Part shown: positions 15,791 to 30,881 of the stretch, piece after piece
Numbering within the stretch: position 1 is the stretch's first letter
Layout of the letters: every line of letters begins with the position of its first letter
Source of the DNA: the human T2T-CHM13v2.0 reference genome, Homo sapiens
Assembly (NCBI RefSeq): GCF_009914755.1
Contig: NC_060947.1
Strand: one strand, 5' to 3'
DNA: 64,000 bases
Program-made: the position numbers and the translations under genes
Notes under the pieces: generated by a model
The model's input: only the letters and a program-made list of their open reading frames with translations
Databases searched by the model: none
What the model was told of the DNA's origin: nothing

Positions 15791-16207
15791 AAGGGATATC
15801 AGGCAGCTCTAAACAAATACAAAATAAAACAGATGATCTATTCATCAGAGGCCTACCAACAATAGAGAAGATACACAGAAACCTCAAGAAGCTTGTGGTA
15901 CAGTTGAGCAGCCAGGAAATATACATACACAATATTATGTAATGTCACAAGGTACACTGTCAATGAGGGCAAAAATAAATGGCCACTGAGATTAGCAGTA
16001 GTTCAGGGGAGGAAGGAATCTTTGGTGATTGGGCAGTGCTGGTAAATTGAAAAAGAAGAATCTTGAAGGATAGGTAGGATTAAGAATCTATAACTTTACA
16101 AAAGGGGAGAACATTGTGGCTTGGAACCTACGTTTTAACTTACACTTTTGTCAATTACTAGCCAAATTTTCCTGACTAAGTCACTTACCTTCTCTAAATC
16201 TCAATTT

Positions 16208-17858
16208 GAGATTGAATATTTCTTGAATATTTCTCCCTTCACTTCTTGTATCTTTTTTTGGATTTCCTTGCATTGGGCTTCACCTTTCTCTGGTGCCTCC
16301 CTGATTAGCGTAATAACCAACATCCTGAATTCTTTTTCAGGTAAATCAGGGATTTTTTTTCTTGGTTTGGATCTCTTGCTGGTGAGCTAGTGTGATTTTT
16401 GGGGGGGTGTTAAGGAACCTTGTTTGGTCCTATTACCAGAGTTGGTTTTCTGGTTCCTTCTCATTTGGGTAGGCTCTGTCAGAGGGAAAATCTAGGGCTG
16501 AAGGCTGTTGTTCAGATTCTTTTGTCCCATGGGGTATTCTCTTGATGTAGTACTCTCCTCCTTTTCCTATGGATGTGGCTTCCTGAGAGCCGAGCTGCAG
16601 GAGCTGCAGTGATTGTTGTCTCTCTTCTGGGGTCTAGGCACCTGGCTCTGGGCTGGTACTGGGGGTTATCTGCACAAAGGCCTGTGATGTGAACCATCTA
16701 TGGGCCTCTCAGCTGTAGATACCAGCACCTGTTCTGGTGGAGGTGGCAGGGGGGTGAAATGGACTCTGTAAGGGTTCTTAGCTTTGGTGGTTTAATGTTC
16801 TATTTTTGTGCTGGTTGGCCTCCTGCCGGGAGGTGGTGATTTCCATAGAGCATCAGCTGTGGTAGTATGGAGAGGAACCGGCGGTGGGCAGGGCCCTAGA
16901 ACTCCCAAGAGTATGTCCCCTTTGTCTTCAGCTACCAGCATGGGTAGGGAAGGGCCATCAGGTGGGGCAGGTCTAGGCATGTCTGACCTCAGACTCTCCT
17001 TGGGTGGGTCTTGTTGCGGCTGCTGAGCGTGAGATTCCCAGCTCAATGGAGTTGTGTACCTACCGTGGATTATGGTTGCCTCTGCTGAGTCATGCAGGTT
17101 GTCAGGAAAGTGGGGGAAAGCCGGCAGTCACAGGCCTCACCCAGCTCCCACGCAATCCAAAGGGCTGGCCCCACTCCCACCATGCCCCCACTAACAGCAA
17201 CGAGTCTGTTTCCAGGCAGTGGGCAAACAGGGCTGAGAACTTGCCCCAGGCTACCCACCTCCGAGCTGTGAAAGAAAAGGGCTTTAGTTCTTCCCCTGCC
17301 TGTAGAGTCTACACAGCGGATTCACGCCCTCCACTGAGTTCTGGCCAGGAGGCTTCTTGACCACTTCAAGTTGTTACAAAGATCAGCTGGAGACTTTCTT
17401 CTCCTTGTGGCTTTTCCCCTTGTGCCTCTGGCTGCCCTCCGGAAGGATCCCTATGGTGCCAGGCAGGAATAGCCTGCTTGGGGACCCAGCGAACTCCCAG
17501 GGCCTTTCCTGCTGCTTCCTCTACCCCTGTATTTTGCTTGGCTCTCTAAATTGACTCAGCTCCAGGTAAGGTTGGAAACTTCTCCCTCAAACTAGACCTT
17601 CGGTTTCCCCAGTAGGGGTGTGTGTTCGGTGGTGGAGGATCTCCCTTTCCCACTTCGCAATTTGGGCACTCACAGTATTTGGGTCCTGCAGCAGCAGTCC
17701 CCTTCCTTCAGAGGGTCTGTGGGTCCTCTCGGGATTCCTGGTTTATCCCTGCAGTCGTTTTGGAGCTAAAATTCACAACGCAAGCCTCCGCACGCTTCTC
17801 TGTCCATCCGAGTTGGAGCTGCAATCTAGTCCTGCTTCCCGTCTGCCATGATCCTCCC
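16208..17858 (-). mobile_element. L1PB-type 5'UTR plus start of ORF1; 3' part of the element missing
   Basis: The minus strand begins GGGAGGATCATGGCAGACGGGAAGCAGGACTAGATTGCAGCTCC. An ORF1-like start at 16464 reads MRRNQKTNSGNRTKQGSLTPPKNHTSSP then frameshifts. The block is GC-rich against an AT-rich background. Confidence 0.88.
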
Positions 17859-18030
17859 ACAAATTCATAAACTTTCTTAAAACATTATGAGAGTTTTTTG
17901 TGGGTTTTTTTTTTTTTTTTTTTTTTTAGCTCATCAGCTATCATTAGTGATAGTATATACTATATATAGCCCAAGACAATTCTCCTTCTTCTAATGTGGC
18001 CCAGGGAAGCCAAAAGATTGGACACCCATG
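17859..18030 (-). mobile_element. MER30 (hAT-Charlie MITE), one end missing
   Basis: ttagctcatcagctatc...gcccaagacaattct...aatgtggcccagggaagccaaaagattggacaccc matches MER30 as recalled, followed by a hAT-type TCTAGA target. Confidence 0.88.
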
Positions 18031-18482
18031 ATCTAGAATATCTATAACATGTAAAGCCTCATCTAGAGGCCATTACATGGTATTAGTGACAAAGTATCAT
18101 ACCAACTATACAAAGGAAACATCCATCTCCATCCATTTCCCCCATAGAAGTTGTTAGAAGGAAAGTAAAATAGGTTCAGCTTTATTGTGAAATAGAAAAT
18201 TACTGCAGAAAATATGCTTTGTAAAGAAAAGTGACTGCTGTCTATGGTAGTAAAATTTGGAAATCTGTAATCCACACACACAAAAGAATCTACAAAAGAC
18301 CTTAGAAAAAAGTCATATGTAAGTACACGCAAAGTTTTGCAGTGTCTAATCATTTCTAGCTAAAATAATGTGGACTATGTCCATATAAACTCAGAATGTC
18401 AGCATATGAATACATCCAGTCTAACCTCTTCAGTCCACAAGTGAGAAAACTGATGCTTGTAGAAGCAAAATACTTTAGTCAG

Positions 18483-18665
18483 TGTATTGTTCAGCTTGGA
18501 CTGACATAACAGAAACCAAAGGCTGAGTGGCTTAAAGAGGAGAAATTTATTTTTTCACAGTTATAGGACTGAAAGCCTAAGATCAAGATGCCAGCAGGGT
18601 TGGTTTCTGGTGAGGTCTCTCTCCTTGGGTTACCATATGGCCACCTTTTCACCGTGTCTTTACTT
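18483..18665 (-). mobile_element. MaLR LTR fragment (MLT1A/B-like)
   Basis: gagtggcttaaa...aaatttattttttcacagtt...aagatcaagatgccagcagggttggtttctggtgagg. Confidence 0.75.
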
Positions 18666-19149
18666 GACATTTAATTTACTGTTTTCTTCCCCTTTGTCCT
18701 TCACAAGACTCAGAACTCGTCAAATTTGGATGTATATTTTATTCTGCATTATATCTCCAGTGTCTATTATATGTGAAGCTCTCAATATATTACTACAGAT
18801 TGAAAGTCAGACAATTTGATTAAATAGAGGATTTGTTATTAATACTCAGCATGTGTTAACTTGTTTTTTAAGTTAGAACATTTTGTTCCTCACAGATACA
18901 AAGGGCATATTTTTGCCAGCAAAACTGTTGAATATGTAACTGTAAGATTTTTTATGCTTTATTTGTAAAGACGCAAAAATGTGTTGTTTGCTGTAAATCT
19001 AAATCAGCAACTCATTATTAAATATGGGTTATTAAATAAATTAACATGAGACTATTAATTTAAAACCAAAGATATTTTAGAAAATAATCACTATAGGATG
19101 TACTGAAAGGGAACCTAGCAACGATCAATAAATCCTGGTCAACAGTCCA

Positions 19150-19350
19150 TGCATTTGTTTGCCTGTGTTTTTATAGTTTATAAAGTGTTTTCCTTGTGAT
19201 TCAGGGAGGTTAAGTATTATTGACCCCATTTTGCAAATTAGAAAACTAAAGCCCAGTGAGGTTATATAATTTGTCCAAGATTCAAAAACTAGTAAAGGTA
19301 CAAGTTGGGGCTTACATACAGGTTTTCTGTTTACAAAATTGTGTAGCACC
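19150..19350 (-). mobile_element. MIR
   Basis: ccccattttgcaaattagaaaactaaagcccagtgaggttatataatttgtccaag. Confidence 0.75.
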
Positions 19351-22300
19351 CTGCCTCTTATTGCATTGTAACAATGTTTGGTTATACTTGGCTCATTTCA
19401 AGGAAGCATTATAGAACCAACTCTGGCACTTACAGTATTCTGAAAATGGGGAAAACCTCATGTGAATTTTCTTGGCTCTCTGGCATGAAACTTGGAATCC
19501 ATCTTTTTTATTTTAATTCAGCTTGGTGTAACTGTAGGCCTATCAATAGGAAGTTTCTCATCTTGTAATAGATTTTAATGTATCCAAGCAGCAGAGCCTA
19601 TATATTTGTAATAAAATAGCATCTAATAATTTGAATAATTGTGGAGCTATCCCTTGGTGTTGTATAGACTGTCAGAGTATTTTAGTTTTGTGTAGGCAAG
19701 GTTGACTGCTGTTTTCAATATTTTACAAATGAGGATCTGCTCTCCAGAGAGATGATCTTTACCCAAGATCACTTAGTGATGAAGGCAGAGTTAGGATCCA
19801 GCTTTTCCTGGGACTCAAACAAATGATTTCAGTGGATCATGCTATTTTCAGAATTTTCATTGACTCTTTTGCTTCACTGAAATATACTTTTTCCTATCAG
19901 ACAATATTTAGCATTAATTGAATTTGAGGGAGATGTGGTTGATAATTTGCTGAGAAGAAAATGACTTTGTGGGTTATAATTTGTCTTGAAAAAAATTATG
20001 TGAAAGGGAAGATTAGACTCTCGATCATTTATGGAGGGGGATGAAATGTTAAGCCCTATTTCCAAACTTTTATTTTTCTCCTTGGGGGTCCTTTAAACTT
20101 TCCTTTCTGTGGAGCTATTTGTGGGAAAGAGTTTTCATTTGGTGATCTCTCCTAGTCACTGGTTGCTAATCAGTGATGCAAGATTCTATGCTACACCAAA
20201 TGCAAAGGAACATATTCATGGTATTTGCATTTAAAAATGTCATCATATAATATAGTGACATGCTGTACCATTTGTTCATAATTCATTACCAGTGGATACA
20301 AACATTTCAATTTAAGGGTCTGTCTGTGCCTCATTATATTACGTTGAAGCAAGAATATTCGCTATAGTTTAGACCTCTGAAATAACTAAGCACCATGGAA
20401 TGACACAAGAACAGGATATCATTCTTAATTTTAAATAGTTTCCTTTGTTCAGCTTATGTGATGGTTGACCTTTATTTAAGTCCATTGTGTTTCATTGTAC
20501 TGTGCTTACTGAGCTCTCATCATTGAGAACCACTGAATAGTTTCTTGAGCTTAAAGATGAATGTTACACTGTTGTGATACTATGTCAGTGGTGACATTCT
20601 GGATTCAGTTTTTATAGTTGTGTCATGGGTTTTTGTTTCCTACACTTTTTCATGTAAATCAATACACCAAAATATGTAATTTTTCAAAGGCAACCATTAA
20701 TACTACTTAAGTTAGTAAATCTAGAAGTATTTAAATGTATAGAACACTAAATTTTTTAAAGGAAAGAATTCTCCATAAGGTCTTTTAATTGCTGTATGTT
20801 ATTCATTGTGTATTCTAATGCACATGCCGTTGATCTGTGCATATGGACTTGTGCACGTAGGCAAATGGTAATAGTAGAAGATTGCTTCAGTCATCTGATT
20901 TCTCCACTAAATCAAGATACTTGGATACCAGCTCAGAAATCCAATCCAAAGTCCTCACCTCTAATGCCCTTCATTGCCATTTAAAATCTGAACCAAACAC
21001 AGGCCACTTCTTTTGAGTTTATCTTCTTTAAAATGCAGCCCTCTAAGAGTTGGAAACAGACTATCATGGCTCCTTGATTTTGTAATCCTATGAATACGCT
21101 ACTGTGTGCTTTGAAGATTGTCCTTCAATTAGCAAGTCAGTGCTTTATCCCACTTCTAAGATGTCAGCTACCTGGTCTCCTTGTGTGTCTATATAGTATA
21201 GTGGTGCACATACAGATTGACTACTTAAGTAGAAAGAAAACTTGATGAAGGTAATATGTGTCTCTGTCTTATGAGGTGCCATCTTCTAAAATGATAGCCT
21301 CAATTTTTCCAAATGGTCATACATCTTCTAGATTTATATTAATGTGGAGATGCATGATATCTTTCTTGTTCTCTGTAGCCTACATTAAGAAATTGAAATG
21401 AGACAAAACACTAACTTTGTGGTAAGCTAATTACAGCAGAGGGAAAAATATATGATCATGTCAGGCATAGGAATTAACAAAGTTTATAGATGTATTTTAA
21501 AAATTGCTATAGTTCTAAAAGCTTATGTGTCTCAAAATATCTTTTTGAAAACTTGAGCTCTGAGTGAAAGAAACTAACTCACACCTTTATTCTCCTCCTT
21601 GCCTCTTAAAATATAGAGGTCCCGTGAGCTTATTTAAAGATCTTTTTCTCTAAGTTGAAATATTCATTAATTTACATTCATTGCTGCAAATTAGCTAGTA
21701 CTTTAAGTGTAACACTTGTTTGTTTTCTCAGAATTTGATTACATCTGTTTAGACAAAATCATCACATTTACAATACTATAGGTTGTGTGAAAACTTGATT
21801 ATACTCCAAAATTTTCAGTTTGTTAAATTCTCTAGAGAACAATAGTTTGTAAATGTAATTTGTCTGATGCAGACTTGATTAGTATTCCTTGTCAATACTG
21901 ACTGCTTTGGAGACTCATGGGATTTTTTTCTATTATTCTTATGTATGTTAAAATTTTCTGTTGCCTATTACACACACACACACCTCCCTTTACCTGTGAT
22001 TATTAATATCGTGAAGCCTATGCTGCTATCTCTGATTTTAACTTATATGTTACAGTTATGTCTGCCTCCTAGATATCTAGATAACTTGCTGTGAGGTGTA
22101 TATATGTATATACATGGGACATACTTGCCTTGAGTACTAGTAATGCCTCGTTATTATACACCCCTCTGCAAACACATGACCTTTTTGTTATGGAAGAGTT
22201 TTCAACTTTTGAAAGTTTTGTATTAGGGGAAGGACCAAGGAAAATAAAATAAGAGCCAGATGAAGCCAAAAAGGGTGTGTGTGCATATGGGTGTTGAGTA

Positions 22301-22482
22301 AGAGAGACAGGGAGATAGACAGAGACAGAGAGATTGAGACACAGAATGAGAGAAAGATAATGAAAGAGTGAGAAGGGTTGGGGTGATTTTCACAATTGGA
22401 TAATCAGAGAGAAACAGGATTGAGTTAAATGTTCCTTTGTATACATCAATTGACTCATAAAGAGCATTGAAAAATGCAAACT

Positions 22483-22789
22483 GGCCGGGCGCGGTGGCTC
22501 ACGCCTGTAATCCCAGCACTTTGGGAGGCCGAGGCGGGTGGATCACGAGGTCAGGAGTTCAAGACCAGCCTGGCCAAGATGGTGAAATCCCGTCTTTACT
22601 AAAAATACAAAAATTAGCCGGGCGTGGTGGCGGGCACCTGTAATCCCAGCTACTTGGCAGGCTGAGGCAGAGAATTGCTTGAACCCGGGAGGCAGAGGTT
22701 GCAGTGAGCCAAGATCATGCCACTGCACTCCAGCCTGGGTGACAGAGAGTGACTCCGTCTCAAAAAAAAAAAAAAAAAAAAAAAAAAAA
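22483..22789 (+). mobile_element. AluS (Sg4/Sg7-like)
   Basis: CCAAGATGGTG and GGCAG-AGAATTGC variants, an A28 tail, and TSD AATGCAAACT. Confidence 0.95.
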
Positions 22790-23759
22790 GAATGCAAACT
22801 AAGAATTACCAAATTATATTCCTTATCTTCTACCAATAATAAGCATTAAAAAGTCAACCATATATATTTGTGTATAGAACTGTAATGAAGGGTATAATTT
22901 GTTTTCTGTAGAGAACTCACCTGTGGCTTAGTTTTTGACTCATTAAATACAGATACATTTTCAGGAAATAAGAAAATTAATGCATCTGTATTTTCTTTCA
23001 TTTTAAAAAAATTATCCTTATAGAGTAATACAAAAAAAGTAATCAAATTAATGCTGTGTCACAGCTATACTTGTTGAAGTCGTTGTGACTAAACAATAAT
23101 AGATACAGTTAATGGTTGAATAGTATAACTGGCAGAGATGAATACTCCTCTAGTTAACAAAAATACATTTTTTTTGTTCTTGATGAATACCCCATATATC
23201 AGGAGCAGCAATAAGCATTTTCAGCGCTAGAGCAGACAAAAAATGATGATTTATGGAACTAGCTGTAGGTCTTACTTAGTTCGCCATGAAGACTGTTTTC
23301 ATAGAGGATTTAAATGAACCCAGCTGGCTTCGTATTCTGTGAATTGCTATAGTCGTTTTCTGAGTATAATCTTATGACTGATTTTGTAATTCTCACAGTA
23401 GGGGAAAGTTGACAACATGAATGGCATTTAGTGAATATAATTAGTAAGTCTGAAAACAAAGGCTTTTTTATTCTATAAAAGCTCTGTTCGAAGGAGATTT
23501 TGACCCTGTATGAGACTGTTCCAAAAACATAGCTACCATGACTAAGTTTGACCAGTCATCTTACAAGCTGATTTTCCTGTTAAATGAAGCCTTCCTAGTG
23601 AAGGCATTGCACAACCTTAACAAGGAGAGCTCATGTCCATGGAAGGAAGTTTATAAAGTAGCAGTTGATACTAAAATAAAGCTCTGTGATAATTTTAGAG
23701 AATCTAAGGATTATTTATATACATTTAACGACTTTTTAGTGAGTACTTGTGCAGCAAGT

Positions 23760-23875
23760 TGGCCACATTTATTGAGCCTTTACCCTCTGTGGAACCTTGT
23801 GCTAGATGCTTTGTGGGGATAAAGAGAAGTAAAACATACATCTCCAGTCCTTGAGGAGCTTATGAGCTAGATGCC
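23760..23875 (-). mobile_element. L2 3' fragment
   Basis: acatttattgagc...tgtgctagatgct...gtccttgaggagcttatgagctag. Confidence 0.65.
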
Positions 23876-25014
23876 AGATATAGAACATTGTAATGCTAAA
23901 GCAAGAGACAGGGAGAAGTGTGTGTGGGGACAGGCAAATGGATTTTATATAATAGCACACATGAAAAATAAATTATGTTGCTCATAAACACTGGCTAACT
24001 AACCACAAGACAAGAAAGCGCATACTCTGTTAGATGATATCTATACTGTAAAGCTGCTCCACTTCTTTGGAAAGGAAGGAAAAAACAATTCCAGCCCCAT
24101 TTCCAAGATGTACTTTTCTTCTCTTCCCCAAACAATGTCTTCAGTTTTGCTTTTCCTGCCTTCCGTCATGGGGACAAGCACAAAGCCTTGCCATTCATTA
24201 TTTTCTTATCTTTTAGTCTTTTTTGAATTTTAAATCTGAATTATCAGAATGCTCTCTTCCCTTTTATGCTACAATAAAAGTATCTTTAAAACTGCTTCTC
24301 AAGTTCCTAACATCTTTCTACATATAGTTAAATATTAGTATTTTAAATTTTTTGGATAAAATCAATACCTGTTCAAAAACAATAGTATAATGGTACTACT
24401 TATAACTATTGTATGTCTGTACCCCTCCCAATTCACTAATTAGTCACAAAAGTCAAATAATTTCCTTTTGCCAGAGGATATCATGAGATTGTCTAGATAA
24501 ATAAGAATGAAGAAACTTGTTATTTAATGTTCAGTATGAGGGATCACTCCAGGATGCAAGTAACCTACTATGAGGAAATATAAGCTTTTCAGAGGCTATT
24601 TAGGGAAAGGATCTCAATATTTCAGATTTAAGCAACTAGCTAGATACACATATTAAAACAGAATCCTCTACTTAGAAACCTGTGCTGAGGGAAGTGGAAA
24701 AGTATTGTAAGTTATATTCAAAGACTTGGGGACAGATGAACATGCTTGATTCCAAGGATATTTCATCAATCACAGCCTGGCCCATTCAGATCACTTTATG
24801 CTTCCAAATTTCAGCTTTCAAAAAGTGTACGAGAAAGGCTAGGGTTACTCGTTGATTTCTTAAAGCATCTTCTTAGGACTTTGTTTGTTGTATTGTTATT
24901 TTGTTAGAAGTAAAATGTATTCATGGCCAAGAGAGACTTGAACCTAACCTATAATTTCTTGTAGTAACTTTACTGAGGTTTTTAACTGACATACTATAAA
25001 ATTTACTCATTTTA

Positions 25015-25860
<846 letters not shown>

Positions 25861-26380
25861 ATTTACTCACTTTAGGCATACAGTTAGATGAACTTTGTTG
25901 TTTGTATACAGCTTTGGAACCTCCACTGCAATCAACCAGTGTGGTTTCCTCATGCCCCTGTGCAGTGGATCCCCACTCCTAGCTCGAGACAACTGCTGAT
26001 TTGTTTTAAATCACCATGGTTTCGCCTTCTTCTAGAATTTCATATGAATGGAATCATACAGTAATAGAGCCTTTGTGTTACTTTGTGTTGTTAGTGACTT
26101 TTTTCACTTAGTGTAAAGTTGTGGCATGTATTGGTAGTTCATTTTTATTTTGAGGTAGTATTCCATTGTATGGCTGTGCCACATTTTGTTCATCTGTTCA
26201 TCAGCTGATGGACAGTTGGGTTGTTTCTAAATTTTCTATTATACTTGTTGCTATCATCATTTATGTATAAGACATAAATTCATTTATCTTGGGTAAATAC
26301 CTAGGAGTGGGAATCCTGGGTCATATGGAAAGTATAGTTTTAATTTTAAGAGAGACTGTTTTTCAAAGTGTCTATACCAT

Positions 26381-26759
26381 CTTTTCTTTTCTTTTCTTTT
26401 CTTTTCTTTTCTTTTCTTTTCTTTTCTTTTCTTTTCTTTCTTTTCTTTTCTTTTCTTTTCTTTCTTTTCTTTTCTTTCCTCTTTCTTGTCTTGCTCTGTC
26501 ACCCAGGCTAGAGTGTAGTGGTGCAATCTGAGCTCACTGCATCCTCTGCCTCCTGGGTTCAAGCAATTATCCTGCCTCAGCCTCCCGAGTAGCTGAGACT
26601 ACAGGTGCACACCACCGTGCCCAGCTAATTTTTGTATTTTTAGTAGAGATGAGGTTTCACCATATAGGGCAGGGTGGTCTCGAACTCCTGACCGCGTGAT
26701 CCACCCACCTCGGCCTCCCAGAGTGCTGGGATTACAGGCATGAGCCGCTGTGCCTGGCC
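26381..26759 (-). mobile_element. AluS with an expanded (TTTTC)n tail at about 26381-26490
   Basis: Reverse dimer ending cctggcc at 26759, with a pentanucleotide microsatellite in the tail. Confidence 0.93.
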
Positions 26760-27084
26760 ATCTACCATTTTTCATTCATACTTATGATTAAATTAAACCA
26801 CAATGATGGATTTCATATTTGGAATATATGAATATATATGAAAAGATATCTCATATTCATGAGACTGGCAAAAAATGTTAAATTCTGTTAATATAAAGTA
26901 GAGGTAAGAATAAGGGGCAAAGAGAACTAATGGTGAGAGTATAACTTGCTAAATTCATTTTGGAAAACAATTTGGTACTATCAAGAAATGTTAAACCATG
27001 CACAGAAATGCCCCTTCTAGTGTATACACTAGATAAACTCTTAGGTAAGGACCCTGGAGACATATACAAGAATGATCACATAAT

Positions 27085-28040
27085 CAAATAACACTATCAA
27101 CAGAGTGAAAAAAAGGCAACCCACAGAATGGGAGAATGTATTCGTAAATAATATATTTGATAAGTGATTGATATCCGTAATATATAAAGAACTCCCACAA
27201 CTCAACCACAACAAAACAACTCAGTTCAAAAATGGGTAAACAAATTGAATAAATATTTCTCCAGAGAAGATAAACAGATGGCCAATAAACACAGGAAAAG
27301 ATACTTAACACCACTAATCATTAGGAAATTGCAAATCAAAACCACAATGAAATACCACTTCAAACATACTATAATGGCTACTATCAAGAAAACAGAAAGC
27401 AACAAGTGTTGGCAAGGATGTGGAGAAATTTGAACCCTTATGCATTGCTGGTGGGAATGTAAAATGGTGCAGCCAATGTAGGAAATAGCATGGCAGTTAC
27501 TACAAAAATTAAATGGAATTACCATATGATCCAGCAATTCCACTTCTGGGCATATACATAAAAGAATCGGAAGCAGGGACTACAGATGATTGCATACCAA
27601 ATTCATAGCAGCATTATTCATAGTAGCCAAAACATGGAAACAACCCAAATGTCCATTGAGTGATGAATGGATAAACAAAGTGTGGCATATATACAATGGA
27701 ATACTGTTCAGCCTTTAAAAGGAATGAAACTCTGGTATATGTTATATTATAATATGAATGAATCTCCGTGATGTTATGCTACATGAAATAAGCCATATGA
27801 AGAAGGACAAATACTATATATTCCACTTATATGAGGTACCTAGAATAGTCAAATTTGTAGAGACAAAAAGTCTTTGTTTACCAAGGGTTGGGGGATAAGG
27901 CAGATGGGGAGTTAATGTTTAATGGGTAACAGTTTCAGTATAGGATGATTAAAACGTCCTGGAGATGGATAGTGGTGATGGTTGCACAACAGTGTGAATG
28001 CACTTAACCTCACTGAACTGTGTGCTTAAACATGGTTAAA
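27085..28040 (+). mobile_element. L1MB-type 3' fragment (ORF2 C-terminal remnant and 3'UTR)
   Basis: The ORF at 27245-27433 (FSREDKQMANKHRKRYLTPLIIRKLQIKTTMKYH...KCWQGCGE) is L1 ORF2 C-terminal sequence. The 3'UTR has ggagatggatagtggtgatggttgcacaac. Confidence 0.9.
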
Positions 28041-28423
<383 letters not shown>

Positions 28424-30570
28424 AGTGTTCACAGCAGCATTATCTGTAATTATATCCAAAACAGTGATTCCCTCACAAAAAAAAATGGAAACCAGATATT
28501 GAAAATGTTCGATGAGATAATATGCCTAAAATTTATAATATTTATATGGTCAACTAATATACAGCATGGATGAATATAGCTAGAAACATCAACATGGTTA
28601 AATACCTCACTCTTAAACAGCTGCTCTTCAGTGCTGAATTCTAATTACGCTTTTGTAATATTCTGTGTCTTAGACCTTCAAAGTTTTTCATAAATAGCTA
28701 AAATCACTAATGTTAAGTGCCATTTAATGCCATTTATTAAAGGTTAAAACCTTTAAATGCGATTTATTATTTATCTACAGTGTATAGACAGAGCGAATGA
28801 GTCCTATGGACTCTTTTGGTGCTAGTGACAATCTGAAGCTATGTACATAAAAAAAAATATTCCATCTACTCTCAAACCTCATACATATAAAACAATTTAA
28901 GTAAAATGCTCATGACAATAAAAGTTAAAAGTTTTAGTTACGTGCTTAACCCATGTCTGAGAAGAAACCATCTAACACCAACAAACATTCATACTTGTAA
29001 ACTATTTCTATACCAATTTAAATAATTTGATTTTTATTAAAACTATTCTCAGAAGAATTTTTATTTGGTAAGCCAACTATAGACAGGATGATTAAAAGCA
29101 TATGAAAGTACCAGAACAGCTTTTCTTTGCATAGATATATTTCATTAATTCATTCTGGCCTTTCCTAAAACCAGTGAGTACAAATGATGGTTAATTTGCC
29201 ACTGGTCCTGGCAATGCAGGCTAATGCACATGCAGGTCATTCTCCTTGGATAAGTGGGGCTAGAAGGGAAAATGCTGAGAAGGGGAGCAGGAAGGACAGG
29301 AAACAGAATTTGTCTTGTCTAAGAAACTTAGCAGCACAAATGCCCTGCTGGTCCGGAAGGTGGCAATTGAGATGAATCCTTATTCCATTTAATGTTGTTA
29401 CGGTTTCAAGTTTCAGCTCTCCTTTCACAGATTGCTACCATAAATTAGGCTAACAAGTGTGAAACTTTTAATTTGCTTGACTATACAATTGATATTATCT
29501 GTTTCCTTTTGGTTGGAAATATCATTATAATACCAAACTAAAGGGTGTAAAAAAGGGACTATCAGGCCTACATAAAGGATGAAGACCTCTTTCCACCGTA
29601 AATTACATTTGGCTGAATTAGTGTCAGCCCTAGTCATGTAGTGCCCAGAAAAGCATTTTTGGTGACAGATTTAGAAATAAAGCTGGGAAAACATGTATTA
29701 AACCTGTCCGGTCATAGCTACAGAACTAATGTCTTTATGGTAATTGCAATCTTTAAAAATACATTATCTTTTTCAATGTTACTGCAGTGTGTGGTGGTAT
29801 TAAAGAAAGCAATAATTTGTAAACAACCCTTGGCAGAGGGCACAGAACTTAATTTTGTTTAAATAAAGGAGACTAACATTAGAATTCTTGTGCTGTATCA
29901 AGACTGACAAGCAGTAGTAGCTGTTTTGATATGTGCACTGGAGCATTCATGATTGCTTAAATATTAACTGTTCCATGAATATACAAATATAATAGGGAAA
30001 AAGGAAGCCATGATTAATGAAAATTTTCACTAAAAGAAATAAAGTTGAATTATATGACTGTACTGGTGGTTTAGATGGTTTTATTCCATTGACTCAACCA
30101 GATCTCTTCACTGAGTTTCAGTATTTCTTTTCAAGGACAATTATATATGTGTATTGTGTGATGTTGCTATGTGTTAGGAATGTTTCCTTGACACAGAAGG
30201 ATTAGGCAATTTTTTTTTTTCCTGAGTACAGCACCTGTTGATAAGTTTGCTGAAGTTCATGTGGCCATTCATGTAAATCCAAAAGGAAAGGGGGGAGATC
30301 CAAAAGGGCTTCCTTCAGATACTCTAGAGATTTGAACTTTTATCTCACATTTAAGTTTTAATATGCTTTAAAGATAGTCTTCCGTTAATGTGTGCAGAAA
30401 CATTTCCTTTAGTGATATCCACGCTGCTTTACTACTTCATTTCTTATACTCTTTATGCAAAAATCAGTTTTTGTCTCAGAGCAGTTTACACTCTACAGCA
30501 ATTCATGCAAGAAAACCAGGTGCTCCTCCCACACATTCTTGCATGTTTCCAGAAGAGAACTAACTGTTTT

Positions 30571-30881
<311 letters not shown>

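Noticed and set aside
16792-17870. Cluster of overlapping GC-rich ORFs suggesting a CpG-island gene
   Set aside because: They lie in the L1PB 5'UTR, where high GC lowers stop frequency. CpGs are largely decayed.
26284-26562. Lys/Arg/Glu-rich ORF resembling a nuclear protein
   Set aside because: It is the translation of the (GAAAA)n Alu tail.
27226-27543. ORFs over the L1 fragment as active retrotransposon genes
   Set aside because: They are a short, interrupted ORF2 C-terminal remnant and its antisense frames.
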